The position numbers were made by a program, and so were the translations under genes. Of a stretch of 64,000 nt of DNA, positions 12,101 to 25,500 are shown one piece after another. The stretch comes from Bugula neritina (Eukaryota > Animalia > Bryozoa). Within the stretch, counting starts at the first letter, position 1; the number at the start of each line of letters is the position of its first letter. Location of the stretch: NCBI GenBank assembly GCA_964035545.1, contig OZ037773.1, positions 9,639,751 to 9,703,750 of the forward strand, written 5' to 3'. The notes under the pieces were generated by a model. The model was given only the letters and a program-made list of their open reading frames with translations. It ran no database searches and was not told the origin of the DNA.

Positions 12101-14955
12101 GGTGAGAGCTCAGTGGTACGACATCAATGGAGATATTGACCATGTTGTTAGCAAAGTTTACCTTGTAATAAACAATAAAGAGAAGATGTATCTCACAGAG
12201 TATACAAGTTATGTTAATGGTACGTATAGCAAACTGATTCTTTGCTATTTTTGAATTTGAAATTATTCTTTGCTTGTATTTTTGATGATTATTTTATTTA
12301 TAATATATTATATTTATTTATTTTACATATTTTTTATTTTAATGAATTTCTTATACTATAACCTAATTATAAGGATTCTAGCTTTTTTACATAAATATTT
12401 TTGCTATTTTTAATAATGATTTTCGTGATATAATATTATCCTTTAATACTAGTCAATTTTAAAACAGTGCTGTCATAAGAATTCACCAGTTTTTACATGT
12501 TTGCTATTTTATTACCTTTTAGACAAGAGCAATAGGTATGTGGTGAAGCGTCACAAGATTATTGACCATTCAATTATAAGACCAGGATATCTTTATGAGT
12601 TTCATGCCAAATCTTTTGGACTCGGAGGTTTATCTTCACCAGCAACAATCTCTTCTGTAATTATACGTAAGTTAGAAGTAGTTTTTGGCTAGAATTCTAG
12701 GTTGAATTTTTTTCTATCACTAATTTGAAATTAAATCTTTATTTTCAAAAGAAAATGATTCAGAAAATTGATGCAATGATTGGGATAATTAAAACAAACT
12801 TAAAATATAAACCTCAAGATTGTAAAAATAAAATTCATGTCCTTCTAGAGTGTTTTTGTAACATATAAATCAATTTATTTAAATTTAAAGTATTAAAATA
12901 AAAAGGTTCCTTACTAAAAATAAATGGGCTTAATTTCATATGATTGGTTTCTGTTTTGAATAATTAAACTCAGCACCAGTTCACATAACTCATGTATTTC
13001 TGATTTAACAGCCCCCGCCGCTCCTCAAAACTTCACACTGACATCACATCCTGCGTACCCAGTTAAAGAATTCAGCTGGATTTACATTGAAAAAGGTCGT
13101 CAAGATCTGGTAGTGATTAGAATTTGTCTGAAGAACGATGTTCAAACTTGTGTATTTGAAAAGAACTTTACTAAAGACCTTCCCGTGAGGTACATCGTCA
13201 GAGAGCGCCTGGCTAATAGAGATTACTTGGCATATGCGTTCTCATTTTCACAAGGTCAGCGGAGCATCGACAGCAACATGGTCTCTTTTAAATCAGGTAA
13301 CAAAAGAATAGTTGGTTTGAAAGTAGACAAAACTTTAAGTTGATGAATATTTTAGTTATGATAGGCAGGACTTGCTATAGTAAGATAGCAAAAAATATGT
13401 TCCATCCTCTGGAGCATATTCTCATAACTAGTTTTAGTAATATTAATTGTAGCTTTTATTCTAGCTATAATATATAATAATAGTGTTGTTTTTTGAAATT
13501 ATGTAACTGTTAGTCACACTGATTGTAGCTATATATGTAATTAATTTAATAGTAACCATCTAATTAGTATTTGTTATAAGTGTGGTATTATTTATTGTTT
13601 TTTTTGTAATAAATAGAAGTATTGAATGTAACAATATTGATATTTTTTGAAATCCTATCATTGTTTATTATATGTAGCTGTGTTATTTTATATGGCTTAT
13701 TGTACCAATATTATTACTATATAGTAGTATTTATTGCAGCTATATATTAAATAGTATAGTATTTATTTTAATAGTATTTTCATTTGTTGTATAGGTGTTA
13801 GTATTTATTGTTTGTTGAAACAATATTTTCATTAGTATTTCTTGAACAATATTTTCATCATTGGTATTTATTGTAATTGTATAGTTAATATCATTTATTG
13901 TAACTGTATATATAACTTTTCATTATTATTTTTTGTAGCAATATTATTATATTAGGACTTAATGTATGATTTCAGAGACGAAGTACTGCACACACCCCGA
14001 CAACTTGAAGGGACATTTAGTAAATTCAGAAGATTCTTCTCTATTCTTTTTTAAGACCGGTAAAAGATACAAACTCAAATGTAATAAGAATTACATTTTA
14101 GTTCCACTAAAAGACAGAGTAGCAGACTTGACTTGGATTTGCAATAAACAAGGGAATTGGGTGGCGACGTCGACCTGCATGAGTAAGACTCTAGATTCTA
14201 AGGCTTCTCATTCCATTTTTTTCAAATATTTGTTGAACACTTTTGCAGCAAATTCTGCAACACGTTTAGCTAATATGGAAACTTGAGTTTAATTTATTGA
14301 TCTTACACCCTTATATAGAGTAGAAGAGTTCTGCCAGACATACTCTAACTAGCACAGTCACAACTACTCTCTTACACAATCACAAGCTAGATTTACAAGA
14401 TGTAAATCATTACTAACTTTCTTCATTACAATGTAATATGGGTTATAAATTTTAATGAATTGCTGAGAACTAAAGATAAAATCTTTAAGATATAAAATTG
14501 ATTTGAAAAATATAAATTGCAAATACAATCAAACTTTATAATGCTTTTAAAGATAACTCATTGCAGCTCTTGAATTGAAGTTTAGTCGTTATTTAATAAA
14601 TTCATGTTTTATTTCTATTCTAACAGAATCAACTAGTTTTATTTTACTGATCACATTTGGTGCCATATCAGGAGGAATTATGGTTGCTCTGGTGCTAAGC
14701 TATCTTATATATAGGTTGGTTATTTATAATAAAATTATTCTAAGTTAAAAGAACTATACTCAACATTTTATTATAATGTAAGTATATATATTTGTTTCTT
14801 TCAGTTGCAAAAATATGTTGGATAGGAAAAAAGCAACTGCAACTGAATTATTCATTGCTGAAAGACGAATAAAAAGAACTCTTAGCAAACCAAGCAGAAG
14901 AAGTGTTCTTGCAATAACAAAAAAATATTCTTTATTGGAAAACAGACTATATTGA
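9198..14955 (+). CDS. Receptor A: short divergent paralogue (putative signal peptide, partial FN3, 3 FN3, CCP, TM, tail), ~522 aa; exons 9198-9300(?), 9944-10063(?), 10525-10670, 11163-11298, 12031-12219, 12523-12666, 13012-13296, 13976-14182, 14627-14714, 14805-14955
   Basis: Exons from 10525 on are open, in phase and align one-to-one with exons 12-19 of B-E (e.g. PPAAPQNFTLTSHPAYPVKEFSW vs PKPPQNFRLISHPALSKRTFGW). TM FILLITFGAISGGIMVALVLSYLIY; tail ...KKYSLLENRLY*. The first two exons are tentative. Confidence 0.7.
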
Positions 14956-16565
14956 AATTTTGATCAGCCAATTGAAAAGTCATTAAGTAGAGTTAAATGC
15001 ATTTCATGTAAATATAACTAATATATTACTCAGTAAATAAAATCAAACAATGGTTGATTCAAACTATAGCAGGTTTAAACTGTTAATAGTGACTACAATC
15101 TAATACTTCTAGTAAACAAAGACTACCAAGATGATGTCAGACAAAACTATGTATACAAAGTTATTACACAGCTAGTATAATTAAGTTATTACATGCAGGA
15201 AACTATACACATTCGTTTTATATTAGTTAAGTTAACTCATTAAGCAAACATACAGCTTCGGTACTAATGGAAATATTTTCTATGTCATTATAAGATACAC
15301 ACATGATACATAAATTTATACATACATTTATACACCTTCATACAGACTATACACTGTATAGACACACATGCAAGCATTTGAGCACATATTCCCTAAATTA
15401 GAGTATATCTGTTTATATATACTCTAATTTAGAAATTATATAATTATGTCATTTCATTATACTAGCTATAACACTGTATACACACATGCACATGCAAGCA
15501 TTTAGAGTATTACATATGTGTTTATATTTACTCCAATTTAGACATTATATAGGTCATTTTAAAGTTTTCTATAAATAATTATTTTATTATTGCATAATAT
15601 AAGTCATTAGTCCAGCTGATTTTTGTTAGAAATTAAATTTCATTTGCTACCTAAAACGTAAGTTTTTTTTCAACTATACTAAACACTGTATTTTGTTAAA
15701 GATAATTTATATGAATATAAGTTATATAACCTCTAGTTGATAATTATTTTCAGATTTATTTTTATTGCGATGTTTCAATTATACATACAATTTAAATTCC
15801 ATTTATTTCATCACTTGTATTATAGTAAAATATTTGTATAAAGTATAGTTTGCGCTGTAACCATTAAACAATCTACACAAATATACATGCATGCATAAGT
15901 TGTTTCATTCTATAAACTCATGACACAGTTATTCATCTTTTATATGACAGGAAAACTATTATTGCACAACTAACAAATTAGTGATAGAGTAAAACATTAA
16001 AACTCGTATAATAAAATAAATCTTACATATATAACTATATTATATATAGACATTAAAACTGGCATAACATTTGTGTGCAAAATGTTACCTATTATATACA
16101 AATAGAATTGTGAGAGCTGAGTGCTATAGAACACCTAATATATTTAACATTACACATACATGCATGTATGCAAGCATTAAGATATAGCAAAAGCTGATGG
16201 AGTGTATAGGTAAGGGATGTCAGTCTATATTATTGAGACTGATATATAGCTAATAACAGCTTTATTACTTGTAAAACCATATAGAAAACGTCACGTGTAA
16301 ACCAGTATAGTTTATTAATCAAAATTTAAAATTTCTGGAAGTTTCTTAGTAGTGTAATGTAGTAATGTAAAAATGCTGTGTTTAAAGTATTCTTTAATAA
16401 AAAATTGTTAACTGAACGAAAAACGCTATGTCGGAATGTAAATTTTGTTTTGAATTAATTTGAAGTATACCATTCTAGTGCAGAAAATAGTAATTTAGTT
16501 AAAAAACTGAAATAAAAACATATTAGAAGAGACAAGCTTGATAATTGATATAAGTAGAAGACAGA

Positions 16566-19500
16566 ATGAATATAATCAGTCTACTTCTATGTCTATCAGT
16601 TGGAGTCATCAACCTGATACGTCTTAGTGTGCAGAGATATACAGTCACGAAGGCCCTCCTACTTTCAGATGGTGAATAACTATTACTTATATTTAGTATC
16701 ATTGCTTTATATAATCTTTAGTTTAAACAAATTTTTGCTCATTACATTTCTGAGTGAATTACTAGCATATGACTAGCCATAACCTAGTTATAATGTTCTC
16801 TTACGAATGTTTTCTATTTTTAGATGGAATCTATCTTGGACCTCATTTTGAAATAATCGACAATGTAAAAACAGGAAAAACGAAACTAAGATTTAGATGC
16901 AGGATTTATAACGTTTTGGGTGGAGTGAACACTCTTGTGTTTTTCCCCAATTACCCTGATTTGTGGGACTATAGTGAGTAACTGCATTGTCTGTTGATTG
17001 AGTTACCAATTTTAATTTTTCAAGCTTTGAGGCTTTTTTGTTGTTTATAAAAGAAGCAATAAGACTCAGACAATAAGACGCAGACAATAAAACGCAGACA
17101 ATAAGACGCAGACAATAAAACTTTTATATCCGCTCTTAGCAAGTCATTATATATAATTTTTTGAAAGAACAGTTTTAAATGCAGATGAAACTTTGAGATT
17201 TTGTCAACCGGATGTCTGGTTTTCAAGGATCATAAACCTCTGAAACAATAAAAAAATGTTATGTTTATATAAACAATGTGAGTTACACTCTCAGCTTGAA
17301 GACTTAGTACAGTGATGGCAAACCATTTTCTTGCAAGGAAATATTTACAATTCTGTTTCAATTAATATACTTTTTATCTATTGAGGATGTACAGCTACAA
17401 TTTACAGCCTGCTGTAAAAACTTTGATTACATTTTTTAAAATCCTACTTCATTTGCTTAACAATTTTATCAAAAGCTCAATCAATTGTAGGGTAGAATGG
17501 GCAGCCTAGTTATTGAGCCAATTTTTTTTTTCTGAGCATTATAAGACTTGTAGAACTTTTCTTGTCAATCTAAAAACCAGCACCATGAAAGTCAGTCATA
17601 TGTGGCTGTCTTTGTCTATCAAAACTAAATGCATGTGTAATTTATACTCACTAAGATATGGAAAACCTATTGAACTAAACCTATTTCTCATATCGATCTA
17701 GCTAAAATAGATCTGAGATAAATTCCTGAAAACCAGTGAATATTTCAAAAATAGTAGCCATTACTGCAGCTGCATGTTAATCTATCACAAGCAAATGTGA
17801 TGTGATAAAACTGTTTTGCAAAAAAAGTAACAATGTTTTACCTCTTTAAATGCAGTATACTATTTGGAAACAGAGTTGTGAGATTGTTCCATTGTTACAG
17901 GGAAACCACCTGTTCATATACTATCTAGTGAAAACTGTGAGAGAGTAGGCAGAGTCTTTATCGTTTGTGAAAATATTCTTGGAGAAATGACATTTAAGTC
18001 TAAAGACATGGCAGGATATTACGGCTGTCTTTTGGCACGCTCCCAAAATCTCCCAGTCTACTTCATCGACGGAGGTAAGCACTTACAAGTTTTTGTGTAG
18101 CCTGAGTTGAATAACAAGTCTGTGTTAAAGTAACTAGAACTACGTAAACTCAAACCTTATACTTTTGTTTGCCTGCAAACATATTATAGACCTGTGTATG
18201 CTTGGTAACCTACTGTTACCTCAGAGTTGTTGTTTCAGAATTGTTATTCAGTACTGATTTCTGGAAATTGATTGTTTAAAAATCATAAGCAAGTAACTAT
18301 AAGCTAAAGAGATCACATAAAAGCATTCAATATCTGATAGTACAATTGTATTCTTTAGATAATCCAATAACGTATGCAAACGAATCTAAAGAACAAAGAA
18401 GCAGCCAATATGGAGATCGTGTTTCTTTAACAGCTACACTCAATGTGTACCCTGAAAACCTGGCAGCTGGAAAAGTGAAAGCTACTTGGTAGGTGTTTGA
18501 ACTCATTAAGTAGAAAGTCTACGACCTGGTATAAAGAAATGTTAGGTTACCTTCTATGCTGGAGGCATCTAAAGTTATTACATTATCATATTTAGATAAA
18601 CAGCTTACGCATTCTTGCAATATCTCTCTGTGTTATTAGTAGTTACCTGTTCACATTTATCTAGAATTCAGTAATTCAGTTAAAGTATATCTATCCATTT
18701 TTTTATTGTCATTTATTTTAGGTTCAAATATACAGGTAGGACTAAGAAAGTAAGAATTGGCCAAGCTGTAACTACGATTATTGTTCAAAGAGGAAGAGAA
18801 TCGGTCCTTCAGTTTAATAAATTTAGCATAATAAAGATTGGTGGAAGATACATCTGTCAAATGAGATTCACTGAGTCAAATCAAACCTACACAACTGGAG
18901 ATATGTTGGTGAAAGGTATGTCTTTGTAAACGTATAATAACTTTGAAGCTAATGCTCAGCTGTTTGATCTTATAAATCACTAATGCCTATTGTAGCAACA
19001 CCAAAGGCTTGGATAAGAAATGACAGATCTGCTGAGTTTACTTTTGCCCGAGATGAAACAGTGACATTCAAGTGTCTCTCGCAAACCCACCCTTATCCGT
19101 ACAGCATACAGATGAGCATCATAATTGATCTCGCTGTCTTGGATTTTTCAAAGGCCTTTGACGTTGTGTCGCACCATAAACTACAGGTTAAACTGCTAAA
19201 TATCGGAATAGCTGATAAAACTGTCAAATGGATTTTTTCATGGCTTCAGAACCGTCTTCTTTCAGTCTGTGTCAACAACGTCAAATCGGCCACTAGACAT
19301 GTGACCTCAGGAGTGCCCCAAGGCAGTGTATTAGGACCATTGTTATTTAATGTGTACATAAATGACATGCACTCTGCGGTAGCCAACAGCAAGCTTAAAC
19401 TATATGCAGATGATTCCTTGTTGTACAAACCAATCACAACACCTGCTGATTCTAGTTTATTTCAGAATGACTTAGACCATCTTATAACTTGGGCAGACAG

Positions 19501-22500
19501 TTCTCAGATGAAGTTCAATATAAATAAATGTGAGCATATGACAATTCAACGCTCCACTGTAAATCCCCTAGTGTCTCAATACAGCATGAATAATGACCCC
19601 TTACAATGTGTTGACAAAGTATTATACCTTGGTGTCACGATTGATAATAAACTGTCATTCGATCAACATATAATAAACATTTGCTCAAAAGCTAATAAAT
19701 TATTACACATGCTGATGCGCTGTCTAAAAAAGGCTAAAAGTAAAACCAGAGCCATAGCTTATAAAACAGTCTGTCGCCCTATACTAGAATTTGCGACCCA
19801 CACCTGGTCTCCATTTAAATTGAAAAACATCAACATCATAGAAGGTATAAATAGAAAAGCCTTCAGGTGGACATTCTGTAAGAGAAAACGAAATCATATA
19901 ACTGAGCTCATGACAAATTCTAATTGGGATAGCCTTGCACAAAGACGTGACAATGCAGACCAAAAAATGTACTTTCGTATGCTTTCTGGTAGTGCCGCTA
20001 TAGACCAAGACCGGTTCTCCCTTCATTTTGCAGAGTCTCACAATACCAGACATGGTGCTATTAAGGGCAATATCAATACCAAAACTGCCAAACATTCATA
20101 TAAACATCGCATCCATAAACTTTTCTAATGATTCTAGCTGCTTTGCCTAACTGATTATAAGCACTTAACACCGACTCTGCTTTATATCATCTGAAGCTGT
20201 GCGGTGTATATCTATTTATTTATTTACTTTTTTTTTTTTTTTTCTCTTTCTTTTTTTCTTTCTCTCCTGGCAGTAGCTAGCTATTGAGCTTTGAATCGAA
20301 GCATAATTAACTATATTCTTATCTCGTAGACAAAATAGTTTTCTTCCTTACTACTGATAATCTAAACAATTGTTCATACACCACTGCATCTCGATAAAGG
20401 AGCCAAAGCGCTCCGAGTGAGATTAATTAGATGAGATGAGATGAATAATTCAAGATGACTTTGGCAATAATGAGACTTTGCAAGTTGATGAGAGCTGGAT
20501 AAAAGAAACAGAGATTACCAGAAATAATGTTGATTTTCATTACCAAGTAGTAAAAATAATTAACATTCAAAGTAAGATTGCTGGAATAACATCTATAATT
20601 CTATTGATGGGATCTTCTTCTCTAGATATGTTTATCAGTTCTTAGTACTCCTTATCTTCAAGCTTTGGTGTCTGTCTTTATACCAAAACAGAAGCTGTTT
20701 ATGTCACAGATGTGTTCATTTACGTATAAAAAGTTAGTTGCTTGAAACACTCTTCCTCAATAGATGCATGCATCTTTTCATGTTTCCTTCTTACATCGAA
20801 TATTCTTTGGGTATTTCATTTTGCCGGCAGTTTAAGAGCACATTCAGTCAATCACCTATACTCACACCCGTAGCAATTATTTACACGTAATCATAAGGTT
20901 TATGTTACAGATGTATTTATTAATGACTTGGGATGGATTGAGTGTAGAGTAAACTTTCCATCACCAACTCCACTCATTGTGACTGAAAAAGTGACTATAA
21001 GAAGAGATGTCACTCTACCACCACCTAGTAATTTATATTTTATTTACATATTTACATTTATTATAGTTTCCTAAAAATGCCTTTTATTTATTGGCTTTCT
21101 ATATTTTTTAGAACTATAAACAAGCTGTAGATCATAGATTTTGATTTTTCAAAGGAAGCTAAATAAACTGCTTAATTTTGGGAAGCAACCAATGTCCTAT
21201 ACTCAAGGGAAGTTAGATTTACCAACTTTTTATCTTGTAATATTTTTAGTAAAGTGCTTTCCATTACGACCTATACCGCACAGCAAAGGAGGAGAATATT
21301 GCTCTTCAAAGAAGCGTAGACCTGGCTTCTCATGCACAATTGAGTGTTTTCCTGGGTTTGAGCTGATGAGCCCGAGTCCAGAGGTCAAGTGTGGCTGGGA
21401 AGGTAAATGGATTCCTAGCGAAGATTCAATTTCATGTGAACGTAAGTAAGCTAAGTTGTAATTACAGGATACCTTGTTTTTGCTACTAAGTCTGAGTCTG
21501 AGCTAATAAGGGTGTTCTTAATATAATTACTTTAAAATACTGATATATCACACTGTATGTGACGTTTGAAAATTTTCAGTGGTTCAACAGCAGTTACATA
21601 ATGGCACAGCTCTGTTCTTTATTGAAACAATTTATTTTTCCGATGCATTAAAACAGTTAGAGTGCAGCCTTAAAACTTTATATGTATTAAACTTGTTAAA
21701 TTTAAAAAACAATTGTTCAGCTGGCTAAATGAAGTGTTCATTTACAGCATTTGGTTTAACTTATATTCTTTATTTGTCCATTGATATGTTGACCATTACA
21801 GGTGTCAAGTGTGGGCCATTAAAGCCGGTTGATAATGGCAAGTTCACGGTTAGTGCTTGCAGTCAAAAGCCCATAGAGTTGGGAGGAGTTTGTAGTGTCG
21901 AGTGTAACACTGGTTATACACATGCACCAGAGTTTACTGGCTATCTTTGTAACTCTAACAGACAATGGACTCCTGATCCTACCCTTACTCTATGCAGGCG
22001 TGAGTATATAGATGGATAATCAATGTAGTAAATATATTAACTATGCTATGCATTTGTAGATTAAAGATGTAATATAGTGTATGGTATATGGTGAGCAAGT
22101 TTTTTTATTATATGGTCATATAGCATAATCTATGGTTTTGCTAGTGTGTGCATTCACATATTGCAGCTGTAACACACTGTACTGGTTTATTGGAGAACAT
22201 ACACACAATGTGCTAGCATATAATGTACTAGTGTAAAAGAGTGCGTGTACATTTATATGTGTATTATAGCTGTAGCATGGGGTAGTGTAGTGTAAGTTGT
22301 TGAACATGGACATATTGTATAGCTGTAACATATTTTAGTGTAATGAAGTGCTTGTATGTATGTATATATTGCAGCTGTAACGTGTGCTGGTGTACTTCCA
22401 CCTATTCTTGGGCATGGACGATATGATAGCCATAAATGTCAAGATCCAGCACTATTCAGAGAGTATGGAGATAATTGCAATGTAATCTGTAACCAAGGCT

Positions 22501-25500
22501 ACTTCTTAGCCAAGAAAATATGGTACACTTGCATAGATTCTGGAGATTGGTCAAATGATAAAACATCTTCAAAATGCACTAGTGAGTATACATTCAAATA
22601 ATCTTCAATTATCTATAAGGTAATGCACAACTAAACTTTGATTTTATTCTCAATTGTCTAATACCTGCAATATAAAAATACAACTTTGTTGGGTGATTCA
22701 AAATTTTAATTTCACAGTTTCAAAATTTTATTTGGTTTTGCAAATATTTTTTTTTTTAAATAATTTTTTTTCAAATTATTTAATCTTAGCCGTCGTTGCT
22801 TTTAAATTTAGTTTGCAGCAAGTTATGTATTTTAGTAACATTTATATATTTTTAGTAAATGCGGTGGATTTTACGAGCCTGGATATTTTACCCAACAATG
22901 AAGGAGTGTTACTGAAATTTGATCTCTCAGATTCACCACCAGTAGACCTAAACACTGACGTAATAAGAGTTTTGTTATGTAAACTCTATGGTAACCGAGA
23001 ATGCAAGGAAAGACGGTTTCCTATTGCAAGTAGAATTACACAACTTGAACTCAGAGAAGACTTTTTAGTTGGGGATTGGGAATTTACTCTACGTTTCATC
23101 AGAAATCGACTTGACATCAGTAAAGACAGCCTAACAAAGGGCATCAAACGGTGTAAGTCTTTGGTTCAAATCTCCAAGAAAGCAAAAGTATTTTATAGCA
23201 AGAATTATTTTATGGAAGGATTTATTTTAAACTTCTACTGGTTTTTAAATATGAACTGTTTGTTATTGATACCTGAATAAAAAGTTGTTAAGCTACAAAA
23301 TAATAATTTGCATTTAGTTAAAGTAAACCAATCAGTTAATAATAATAACTACTAAGTCAATACATTCACCATTTTAGATCCTCTGGCTCCAAAAGATGTT
23401 GAGATTCTGGTTCAACCTCCTCCCAAGGAACATGAAATCACGATCAAATGGACACCAACATTTTACTCATTTGTTGAACTTTCATGTAACAGGATCTGCT
23501 GTGGTGGAAACAACAAATTTACGGTACAAGTCAACACAAAATGGCAACAGGCTCAAGAATATCTAAAACCTGACAATTTCAGTGCAACTTAAAAAATGAT
23601 TTATAAGATTCGTTTCATAGCATTAAAATAATAACCTGGCAACTTTTTTTCTTCATATGAAGTCTTTAAAAAGCCAGATAAAAACCTTAACTTTATCCAG
23701 TTATTAAACAAAATTTTATAAAATTAAAAAAATTAAAAAAAACTTTCAACGCCGCAATTGAAGAAACTTTTTTATTACAGCTGAACACACCACCGTTTGC
23801 TATAGAAGATGTTAGGTCTGGTACAAAGTGTATATTCAAAATGAGATCAGTGCTCTCTGACGACCCTGATTATGTAATAAAGTCTACACAAGTTGTGAAA
23901 GAAGTACATACGTGTAAGTTGCTTAAGTTCTTGCTAAGTTTACACATCCAAATTATGGTAGGTATGCAGATTCTTTATATAGTGCAGTTTATTTTGTAGA
24001 AGCAATTGAAATCTTTCAACATGTGGCATCTGTAAGGAAAAAGTATATTATATTTCATGTCTTTAACAAAAACAATGAGTATTCAAAATATTACAACTGT
24101 ATATAAACGTTCTATATTTGGCTTTAATTAAAATTGAATATATTTATAAATCTCTTTTAGAATAGTTGTTTGTACCACCAACAACTAACTCACTTTAAAA
24201 GCAAAAGCACTATGTGTACAAAATCATATTTGCATCATGCATAAATATTTTTCTCCGAATTGTCAGTGTAACTTGAAAAAAATAATTATTCAACTATTTT
24301 TCTTTAGGCTCAAAGTTTTTTAATTGTTAACAACCATTTTTATATGCATTTTAAACACCAACTTAAAAAACAGTTCTGTGGTAATAATAAATCTAATCTG
24401 TATCCAAAACAATATAACAATATAATAAAACTAGTTTTACTCATTTACTTACAGATCCTTCACAGCTACAAGGAATCAGTGCAGTATTTGAAAATGATAA
24501 TAGTGACCTTGGTTTGCAGTTCAATATTCACACTGCATTGAATATTGCCAAAGGAGATCTTGAGAAAGTTGTGGTTTATGTGTCCATTGACAAAAAATTG
24601 GGTGAAAAAATTGAACTGGCTAGGAAGACAGTGAATGTTGCAGGTAAACCTTGAAACTTCCTGTTGCAGGTAAACCTTGAAACTTGTATTGAAAAGCATC
24701 ACAAGGCTCTCTGAACTTTAATTACACTATAATGCATTAAATAGTTTGACAAACACATTCAATTTGCTTTATTATAAACAAAGAATAATTTTATAAGAAA
24801 CTTGAAATAATAAAATAATATTTTAAAATAGTAACATTATATAATAATGATAACAGATGGTAAAACATTTTATAATACTCTGAACTGTTTTATTAGCTGC
24901 ACATCGTCACAATAGAAAGTTGTTCACTAATTATGAAGTGCCACCCCAATTTGTAACACACGGAGCTCTTTATGAGATTTATGGACAGGCCCTTGGATAT
25001 ACTGGCTTGCTATCACCTCCAATCAATACATCAATTGTTCTACGTGAGTCATTGTACATATTATAATAGATATGATCTACTTATAAAATTATTTTGAGTT
25101 GTAATAATGGCTCAGTGCAGTTTGTAAATTGGTGCATTTATGTGGTGCAAATCAAAATCCAGTTGATATATATATGATTCTTGAAGGTAACTTTGAAAAC
25201 AAGTTCTTTACATATCCTTTTAACCTGCAGATATCTGCAATACACAACTTTACCCGAATGCATTACAAAAGCTTAAGCAGTATAGTTGTAGTAGATTTGC
25301 AGGTTTAGCAAAGCTGTTTTATTTGTTTATATTTTGCAGCCTATTTTATGTAATTCAGTGTCCTTTTATGTGTAACTACTAATAACTATAAATAAAAAGA
25401 ATGAATTGCAAATGCATTTAAAGTCAAATCTGTAAGGATGAGGTCATTGTAAAAAAACCTCAACCTTGCTCCTGAAGTAATTTGAATACATAATTGTACA

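Noticed and set aside
15345-15560. ~135-bp tandem duplication containing the hairpin CTAAATTAGAGTATAT..ATATACTCTAATTTAG
   Set aside because: AT-rich and non-coding, with no TSD or RNA-family features to support a call.
18983-20128. 381-aa ORF as a domesticated Ig-reverse transcriptase fusion or a diversity-generating system
   Set aside because: Perfect TSD, LINE 3' tail, 5'-truncated RT and empty sites in three paralogues show an ordinary insertion; an in-frame landing is a common chance outcome.
20220-20444. Splicing out of the LINE through the strong polypyrimidine acceptor at ~20273
   Set aside because: Each acceptor I tested (20273, 20276, 20329, 20430, 20440) meets a stop in the receptor frame before 20451.
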